Below are positions 48,405-61,300 of a DNA stretch of 64,000 bases, one piece after another. Source of the DNA: the human T2T-CHM13v2.0 reference genome, Homo sapiens; NCBI RefSeq assembly GCF_009914755.1, contig NC_060947.1; one strand, given 5' to 3'. Every line of letters begins with the position of its first letter. Positions within the stretch are counted from its first letter, which is position 1. The translations under genes were made by a program, and so were the position numbers. The notes beneath the pieces are model-generated. The model made no database searches, was not told the origin of the DNA, and saw only the letters and a list, made by a program, of their open reading frames with translations.

Positions 48405-48631
48405 CGGGTTGCGTATCCTTTATCTGAAATGCTTGGGACCAGAAGTGTTTTGGATTTTTTAATTTTTTCGGACTAGAATATTTGTATTATACTTCCCAGT
48501 TGGGCATCCCTAATCCAAAAATCTGAAATCCAAAATGCTCCAATGAGCATTTCCTTTGAGCATGACCACTCAAGTTTCAGATCTTGGAACATTTTAGATT
48601 TCAGATTTTTGGACCAGGGATGTTCAACCTA
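48405..48631 (+). mobile_element. Tigger4/MER46-like MITE
   Basis: TA|cgggttgcgtatcctttatctgaaa ... tttttggaccagggatgttcaaccta|TA inverted termini. Confidence 0.85.
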
Positions 48632-49769
48632 TAGTAGAAATCCTGAAGAGTACGGGAGAGTCTACTAGTTTACTAATTTAGCACCATATTTCCAGTCTTA
48701 GAACCTCCCAAGCAGCTGAAAGGAGGATGGGAAGAGGCAAAGATGTTGGAAAGTAAGGATAGTTTTTAGCTCCATTTTTGTTCTAAGGCAATGCAGGGTC
48801 TAGCAAAGAAGAAAAATCACTGAGGCTGAAGACAAAGCAAAAGTTTTTGGTTCAGATGGTAAAGGAGGGCCTGAAGAGCAGTGGAATCGGTGTATCCAGA
48901 AGGCAGTGCTGGAGTCAACCTCATGAACTAGGGGGTGTCTTCTTGGCACCCAATTCCTTTTTAATTTCTTCACATGTTTTAGCTAGATTTGGTATGTCAT
49001 AGTTCTGAGCCACATACATTCCAACCACATTGCCAAAAGCAAGTGCAAGCAGGAACTGGAACGTGATGTCGACAACAAGGGCAAGGAGGACAAAGAGGTT
49101 TCAATGGGTGGCTGCAGCCCTATATATTCTTTCCTTCAAGTACATGAACCCTTCTCACCACAGATTCAACTGTCACTACAGAGCACAGCCATTCATCTGA
49201 CTGCCATTCCTCAATCTGCCAACTCTCTACCAAATATGCTCACTTGAATAGTTAAATAATTGTTCTCCTCGTCTCACCATGTACTAAATTCAACTCATTA
49301 TATTTCTCTTTCCCAGATGGTCTCCCTGTCCTGGCATTTCCATTTCCATCGATGACATGCAGTTATCTTAGTTATACCATTGACATTTTGGGGTCATTTT
49401 AGCTTGTTCTTTTTTCCACTCTGCTAAGCAGCTGTTAACTAGCCTTGTTGTTGAAATGTTTTTCTTCTCCATCCTCTCCTTTTCATGTCCCTCATCATCA
49501 ACCTAATGACCCCATGGTTACTTACATCAGCCTCCTGATTGGGGTCCTCACTTGGGATCTTTTCATCCTGTACATCCTATACACTGCAGGGTAAAAGAGC
49601 ATAGTAGTTAAGAGCATAGCCCCTGGGGCTGTTATCACCAGTCTTATATCATCTTGTGACACTTTCTATTTTGGAACTCTTAAATAATTTAAAAATCTCC
49701 CTAGCTAGATTGTCAGCTTTCTGAGTAATCCAAATGATGAGTACCTTCACTTTGAGAAAGGAGAGCACT

Positions 49770-50330
<561 letters not shown>

Positions 50331-51160
50331 CAGGCAGCAACTACATGCCAGGTACTTTCAAAAAATTAACCTTGGCATATCTCACAGTGACTATCACAGG
50401 ATATCACAGGAGATAAGTCAATAGATATTATGTGTTTAAAGAACTGAGTCCTCTGCTTTAGTGATTTCATCTCCTGACTATTGAATGGGGCATGATCAAT
50501 GAAAGCTGGTCTTTGCTTATGTTCCTTTCCATACCTGCAATCCCTTTTTCTACTCCCTACCTCGAAGCTTCAAATTTTGCCCATCCTTCAGGACTAGTCC
50601 AAGTTCTATCTCCTCCAGGAAGCCACTGACCCATGATCATTTTGGCTAGTTGTGTCAGAGTTGCAAAGAACAAGTGTGGATTTGAGAACCATCAGACCTG
50701 AGTTTGACTTATATTCTGCTACATACTACCTGCCTAGATCTTCATCAGCTATGTAATGTCTTTAGTTTCCTCCTCTGCAAAAAGAGAGTGATGCATGCTT
50801 TGCAGTTATTTTGAGCATTCTATAAGTAAAAGCACCAGCCCTAGTGTTAGTTCTCCTTCCCCTTAATCATATAAAACATTGAAGTATTACTTCTCTTATG
50901 TCTTATTTTTTCCAAAATGACACAAAACCCACTGTGGACAACACCAAGACTTCTATATCTGCCCCATCTTGGCCTTAGGCAGCCAAATACTGCCTGAGGC
51001 AGAAGCTGGTAGGATGAATGCAAATATGAATATGTTCGAGGAGGTTCTAGTACATTAATACCACTAAATCAGTAACTTATTGAAATGAGCTGAACACTGT
51101 AGGATGGGGGTAGGAGGGTGAAGAGAACCGTTAGCAGGTTACCAAAAAAGGAATAACATG

Positions 51161-51470
51161 CTGGTTCTCATGTAACACAAAGGCTTGAGGGAGGCAACCC
51201 ACAGTGGGTTAGAAAGTGGGTTAGTGGGATAGAAAGGTCCTGGGCTCTGTCTTCCTTCCTGGCCATCCTAATCATGTAGTTTTTTCTATTTGCTGGTAAG
51301 ATAGCTCTCATACCTGGTTCTCATGTAACACAAAGGCTTGAGGGAGGCAACCCACAGTGGGTTAGAAAGTGGGTTAGTGCGATAGAAAGGTCCTGGGCTC
51401 TTTCTGTCTTCCTTCCTGGCCATCCTAATCATGTAGTTTTTTCTATTTGCTGGTAAGATAGCTCTCATAC
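51161..51470 (+). repeat. Tandem duplication (153 + 157 bp) in an old MLT1-like LTR remnant extending to ~51755
   Basis: ctggttctcatgtaacacaaagg...gctctcatac twice; one substitution and one 4-bp indel. Confidence 0.95.
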
Positions 51471-51797
51471 CTCTTAAGTATTGTGACTGCATTCTAGGCA
51501 GAAAGAATAAAGAGAGTGGCAAAAGGCCAGCTAAGTCTGTCCCCTTTCATCAGGAAAACAATAACTTTCCCAGAAGCCTCATGCAGTAGACTTCTGCTTA
51601 GATCTCATTTGCCAGAGCTGGATCACATGTCCATTCTGGCTTCAAGGGAGTCTGAGGAATTATTTTTACTAGGCACATTGTTTTGCTGAAAAATTGAAGT
51701 TCTGAAAGTAAAGGTGAAAAGAGTGGCTATTGGGTAAGCAACTATCAGTTGCTTACACGAAGCATGCATTATCTGTTTAGTTTAAAATACACCATAG

Positions 51798-52760
51798 GGT
51801 CCTTTCCGCTCGGAGACCTCTCTTTCTATAGACAGAGAGCTGTTTCTCTTTCTCTTGTCTTCTGCCTATTAAACCTCCACTCCTAAACTCCTTGTGTGTG
51901 TCCGTGTCCTAAATTTTCCTGTCGCGTGACAATGAACCCCAGGGTATATACCCCAGACAACGTAGTCACTTCATAATGGGGACCTCATCCGAGATACCAA
52001 GGTGCAACATTCACCGAAACGATGAATAGATGAGGGGACTCCAACTCTGTCCTTTCATTTCGAGGCTCTTGGCTTCCATTTTAGAACCAAATCAAACCAA
52101 ATACTGGGCCCCCTTCAGCCATTTAAAAACGATTAGTGTGGCTGCCAGCCTTAAAAGACTTGGGGGACAGGCTTACTAGGGAGAACATGGAGAATCTCCC
52201 GGCACCCATGGGTTGCTGGGCATATTGGCCATGTTTGAACCAGCTTCCTTTCACGGAAGACTTAGCCATCAGGTGGGGCTGGAAGAAGTCCTGAGGCAGC
52301 TGAGGATTTCTGACCAGGGCTAGCTCCCAGTGTTATCCAAAGGCTTCTGGACTGGCCCCAGCCTCCAATTGCCTCGATGGGGTGTCGGCAACAGGATCTC
52401 CAACTTTCCTTTTGTAATTTCCTCCTTTCCTGTCTGCGACCGCCATATCTCTTATCCTCTCTGTATGCAATGTGTGGGAAGCTTTACAGTTCAGGGAAGT
52501 AATCTTGTTTGGCAAGACCAGGGAATGTCATAGTCCATGTAAACGTCATACCTGATCAAACCAATCTGTGAGCCCCATGTAAATCAGACACCCCTCCTCA
52601 AACCTGACTATAAAATCTGGCACATGGGCCGCCTGCTGGTCCTTTCTGTTCGGAGACCCCTCTCTCTATATATAGAGAGAGCTGTTTCTCTTTCTCTTCT
52701 CTTCTGCCTATTAAACCTCTGCTCCTAAACAAAACAAAACAAAACAAAAACAAACAAAAA
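51798..52760 (+). pseudogene. Processed retrocopy of an ERV1 (LTR9/MER61/HUERS-P3-like) transcript: R-U5, PBS, leader, partial U3-R, poly(A)
   Basis: R repeats at 51798-51888 and 52638-52730; LTR end ...cacttca at 51973; PBS-Pro-like tggggacctcatccgagat at 51977-51995; CCAAT 52561, TATAAAA 52609, ATTAAA 52710; A-rich tail 52731-52760; TSD aaaatacaccatag/aagaaacactatag. Confidence 0.8.
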
Positions 52761-53640
52761 AAGAAACACTATAGATAGGTGGGAGGAACTCTTCAACTGG
52801 CTCAAACTCCAATGCCCTAAGCTGGGGAGCATCCCCCTCCACCACCACCACCACGTGTGGATACCCCCTTATCCTGTTTGAGCTTTGATGTTTGATGCCC
52901 GCACAAGGTCACTTTAGGAGGATTCTCTCTAAGTACTCCTTGGTCTCTGATACCCCATACCTGACTATCTCCACTGGACAAAATAGGTTCTTGAGTCAAG
53001 CACTAAGTAAGGAATATGAAGATTTCATAATTTGTGTGCAGTTTCAGATAAATTCTTTCCAAAGTTAGGAGAAGTAAGAATAAAATATGTAACTGGAATC
53101 AGTTGCTACCTAAAGATGTCTTTTTTTAAACCTCACCATGGTACCTGGGGTTAGAAGCAATGCTTTGTTTACTCTTTTTAAAAAGCAACAGAATGGGAAT
53201 ATTGTAGTAAATCTCTGGGGGAATTCCTGTCTTCACACCAAAAATAGTTGTTATTCTCTTAGTTGGTTTGGTTTTATCTCATGGACATTTTGAAGTATAT
53301 ATTTTTTCTTATTTTTTTCCAATTTTTGAGCCACATACATTTTATAGACTACTATTCATTTTTAATCTGTTTCCTTTTTTCTTTTTCACTTTCTCCTTTT
53401 CTCTCCTACTCTTTTTTATTTTCCTTCTTTACTTTCTCTTTTTTCCTGCCAATTTTAGTTTTTATCTTTGTGCTGTATTTAATTGTATCATCACAGGCCA
53501 CATTAAATCATTTCTGGAAGATCAGTTTTAAATAAATAGATGAATAAAAAAATAGCAGTTAAAAAAAGGGAGAGAAAAGATTTAAGAACATTTCTAAAAG
53601 TAACCCCAAAATTTCTTCAGGGGGATAAAAAGTGGGATGA

Positions 53641-53988
<348 letters not shown>

Positions 53989-54031
53989 TTATTGATGTTA
54001 TGATTAAAAAACAAACAAACAAACTGGTTCT

Positions 54032-54219
54032 ACTATAGAATAATAGACATTGGCAACTCAGAAGGATGGGAGGGTGGTGAGGAATAAGAAATTACTTAAT
54101 GGGTACAATGTATATTATTCAGGTGATGGTTATGCTAAAAGCCTGGACGTTACAACTATGCATTATATCCACGTAACAAAACTGCACTTTTACCCCTTAA
54201 ATGTACACAAATTTTTTGA
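54032..54219 (+). mobile_element. Short 5'-truncated L1 (L1PB/L1MA-type 3' end)
   Basis: attacttaatgggtacaatgtatattattcaggtgatgg...aactgcacttttaccccttaaat; TSD aaactggttct (54021-54031, 54220-54230). Confidence 0.8.
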
Positions 54220-54380
54220 AAACTGGTTCTTGCACCTCAACAGACACATAGGATTTATGAATGGACTTGGATAGAGCATAGAGGAAGGCCTGGAGCAGTT
54301 TTCATGGGCTTTTGTCTCCTATGGCCCTGGTGCGTCTATCTTCAGGAAGCTAAATACAGAGGCTTCTGAGAATTCACTTA

Positions 54381-54740
<360 letters not shown>

Positions 54741-54921
54741 AATTATGGATAGTCTCTGAAGCTGAGCATTCTCTGGAGTCAGACACTTTCTTAATCCCTT
54801 TTGAAATTTCTGATGGAGAAAAATCCAATCCAAAGAAAGAATATGAAATCCAGGGAAAATTAGTTTTTTTTTCTTAAGTGCATATAAGTTATGGATTTAT
54901 ATATAAAATAAAGATAGTGAT

Positions 54922-55717
<796 letters not shown>

Positions 55718-56720
55718 TCATTTTGATTTTAACTTCCATCAGTGAACATTTTGTTCTTTGTGAAAATAAATCACAAGCTAAGATAGGCTTCTATGGAGAG
55801 AGTGTCAATATTACGGATCCATGGCATCAGTTGTAACATGTATTTGGTCTATGAAGGTCATTAGCCATCTGGTAAAAGGAAGCTATACTGATTATAACTC
55901 ACTCATTGGGTGTATGCTATTACCTAATTCCACTAAACTGTTTTCCGTTCATTGATTTAAAAAATTAGTTATTCAATTCAATTGAAGTTAACACCTGAGA
56001 AGGATTTCAAAGAACAGATGTGTATTTCATTTGTAGAAATCATTTTCTCATGTCACAAATGTTTAATGAATCCACTCTCCCTTGAGTTAGAAATGGTAGG
56101 TGCTTTGAAATACTTGAACCTACACAAGAGCAGAAAGCATTTTATTTTGAAGTGTGCCTACTGTCCAGTAATAATGTTGGACAAGTTATTTTCTCTCTGA
56201 GCCTTAGTTTGCTTACCTGTAAAATGGGAAATAATGATTATTGTCTTGAGGGCTTGGGAAGGATTAGATGAGAAAACATAAGTTAGACACTTGAAACACA
56301 GTAGATGTTCCACAAATATTGATTTTTTTTGCCTCCTTCTATGAATACAGACTTCATAAGTGAAGTCCTATGAGTTAAAAGTCCTCTCCAATTTTTTTGC
56401 AGATTCTATCTAGCAGCACTATTTTGGATATCACTGTGTAGCGAAGAATCAAGTGAGGTTTCCAGTGCTCATTAATTTATCAAATTGACTATAAAGATTC
56501 ACTGTAGGTGGCTTTGTATTTACTTATGTGCATAGGGAGACCATTTTTACATGTTATCACTTCAACAATAAATACAGATAAAGTTGCTGGAGTTTACAAT
56601 TGCTTTTTATTTGAAAAATCAGCAATTTTCCTAATTTTATCTGAAAATGTTCTTCGGAGTCATGGTGGTGAAATTCTGAGCAAATATTAGGTGTCACTAG
56701 TTTTCAAGAGTGTGAAATAA

Positions 56721-58255
<1,535 letters not shown>

Positions 58256-58329
58256 CTCATTAATTTATTTTAAAATGTAAGGTAACCAAGCTTCAAACAA
58301 GATGACATAGACCCATTTCTCTTTGCTTT

Positions 58330-61300
58330 TCCATGCTAAGTACAATTAAAATTCCTAAAAGTAATACAAAAGTCCATCATAAGGGGACTGGTAGGTGGAA
58401 AGAAGAAAGTGGACTGGCTAGAGACTTCAGGACTTGAGGAACGACACTGTGATGGGCTCCTGGCTTTTCTTTTTATCTTCTGTATGTTCCAGACTGGGTG
58501 CTGGAGAAGCCTGCAACCTAGAATCTCCAATCAGAGCAGACAAACAAAACAAAACAAAAACCTGTTCTTTGTGGCCAAAGGACTGGGAAAGGAGAAAAAC
58601 CCAGCCCAGCATAAGTAAAACCCTGTGGACAGCACCAGCCCTACCCAAGCTGAACCCTGTGGTGTCAGCAGAGTGAGACTGAGTAGGGACTGGAAGAGCT
58701 CTGTCCCCCATTCAGTAGCCTCAGGTGGCTGGGCAAAAAGCCGCCTTCTTCCCCCATGGGAACACCAGACAGGATTGAGTGGGAGTCCCAGCGGTACCAG
58801 GGAAGCACTTTCCTACCACGCTGGGCAACAGCCAAGAGCTAGGGGGAGCCCCAGTCACACCAGGCAGCCGGAGGAGGCGTGCTCAGCCCTGCTGGCAGCA
58901 TCAGCGTATACCCAGCACGGAGTCCAGACGCTTGTCCCCGACCCAGCAGCAGCAGGTAGGCAGGATTAGTACTTTCAACCCCTACCGGCCTAGCATCTCC
59001 CAACCCCTCACCCAGTGGCACCAGACGGCCCAGGGAGGCACTTTCCATCACAGGCACCATGACGGGGACCAAGTGGGGAGTCTCCCGAGCCCCATCAAGT
59101 GGCAGGCAGCTGGGAAGGTACTTTCCTTTCCCACCAGTGGTGTCAGCAGAGAACTAGTGGGGAATCTGGACATCTGCTGCCCGGCTCCCAGCAGGCATCA
59201 GCAGAGGATGCAGACAGGTGCTCCCCTCCCCACTGTTGCCATGTCAGTGGAGACTGAGTGAGGAGTCTGGACTTTCACCCTTATCTGCCAGTGGCAGCTG
59301 GTGCCCCTCACCCTTCCAATTAGAGTGCAGAAGGGATCTCAGAGAGGAAGGAGCTGCAGAAAGGCATTCTTTACATCTGCATAGGAAGTCCTGGAAAGAC
59401 ACCTGTCTGACCCAAGCGTGAAACTAAGTAAATCACCAGGTCTGCAGGTCTGACAACTGAACTACTGTGTGGCATACCACTCAGGTTTTCAACGTGGCTT
59501 GGGAGTAGCACACAAAGCAGACCAGAATAGTGCCACAAGGGTTCTAAAAACTAAACTGTCATTGGAACTACACAGTCCACAAAAGTAGGCCAGGAAAACC
59601 CAAAAATATCCACACCAAGACACATCATAACTAACTTTTGAAAACTAAAGATAGAGAAAAAAAATCTTGAAAGCAGCTAGAGAGAAAAACACACATTACC
59701 TATAGAGGAACACTGATTTAAATCATAGTGGATTTCTCATCTGAAACCATAAAGGCCGGAAGGAAGTGGTACATTTTTCAAGTGATGAAAGAAAAGAACT
59801 GTCAACTTGGAATTCCATGTTCAGTGAAAATATCCTTCAGGAATAAAGGGGAAATAAAGACATTCTCAGATGACAGAAAATTTATAAAAATTTCACTAGC
59901 AGACTTACTATTAATGAATAGCTAAAGGAAGTTCTCCAAACGAAAAGGAAATGATAGCAGGAGGAGGCCTGAAACTTCAGAAAGGAAGGAAAACAATGAA
60001 ATGTATAAAAAATAAGGATAAATATAAATAGACTATCCTTTTCCTAATGAATTTCTTTCAATTATGTTGAATTGTTGAAGCAAAAATTGTAACACCATCT
60101 GATGTGGGTTCAATGTATGTACAAGAAATAGAAATTATATTTTTAAAGTGGGAGGACAGGCCGGGTGCGGTGGCTCACGCCTGTAATCCCAGCCCTTTGG
60201 GAGGCCGAGGCAGGCAGATCACTTGAGGCCAGGAGTTCGAGAGAAGCCTGACCAACATGGAGAAACCTCAGCTCTATTAAAAATACAAAAATTAGCCAGG
60301 CGTGGTGGTGCATGTCTGCAGTCCCAGCTACTCGGGAGGCTGAGGCACGAGAATCGTTTGAACCCAGGAGGCAGAGGTTGCAGTAAGCTCAGGTTGCGCC
60401 ATGCACTCCAGCCTGGGCGACAGAGCAAGACTATGTCTAAAAAAGAAAAAAAAGTGGGAGGGTAAGGGATAAAGGAACCTAAAGGAAAATAAAGTTTCTA
60501 CCCCTTACTAAAAGTGGTAAAATGTTGATAACAATACACTATAAGTTATATGTGTATATTTTAACACCTAAAAAACAGAAAACTATACACACTGATATAC
60601 TCAAAAACATTATAATAAAGTAAAACGGAGTTCTAAAACATATTCAAGTAACCCACAGTAAGGCCAGAAACAGCAAACAGAGGAATGAGAAATAGAGGGA
60701 ACAGACAAAAAGCAAATAATAAAACATTAGACTTAAGCCCTAAGATACCAATAATTATCTTCTAATTAAATGGTCTAAATACATGAATTAAAAGGCAGAG
60801 AATCACAAAATGGATTTTTAAAAAAATAACCCTCTATGTGCTGTCTATATGAAACTACTTCAAATACGATAACATAGGTAGAAAGTGAAAAGAAAAAGAT
60901 ATACTACACAGACATTCATTTATAAAAACAGATATGGCTATATGTTAATATCAGAAAAGTAGACTTTGGAGCAAATAAAATTACCAAGGACAAAGAGAGA
61001 TATTACACAATGATAAATGAGTCAATCCACCAAGAAGACAAAGAAATCCTAAACATGTATGCACCAATAAATAGGGCTTCAAAATACATGAAGTAAAATC
61101 TGATAGAACTGAAAGAAAAACAGGTAAATCCATGATTATAGTTGGAGACTTCAATACCCTCCTCTCAGCAATAGAAATACTAGACAGAAAATCAGCAGGA
61201 TTATAGAACTCAACAATACCATAAAGCAACAGGACCTAATTTATAGGACATTCTACCCAATAGCATAACTCACATTCTTTTCAAATACCCATGAAACATT

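Noticed and set aside
51798-52730. Ordinary two-LTR provirus with an internal deletion
   Set aside because: The 5' copy lacks U3 exactly at the predicted TSS, the 3' copy lacks U5 just after the poly(A) signal, and there is an A-rich tail with a long TSD. These fit an RNA retrocopy better.
58427-59421. Overlapping ORFs of up to 160 aa in GC-richer sequence
   Set aside because: No recognisable domain. The region appears to be an L1 5'UTR-like segment, where stops are rarer because of GC content.
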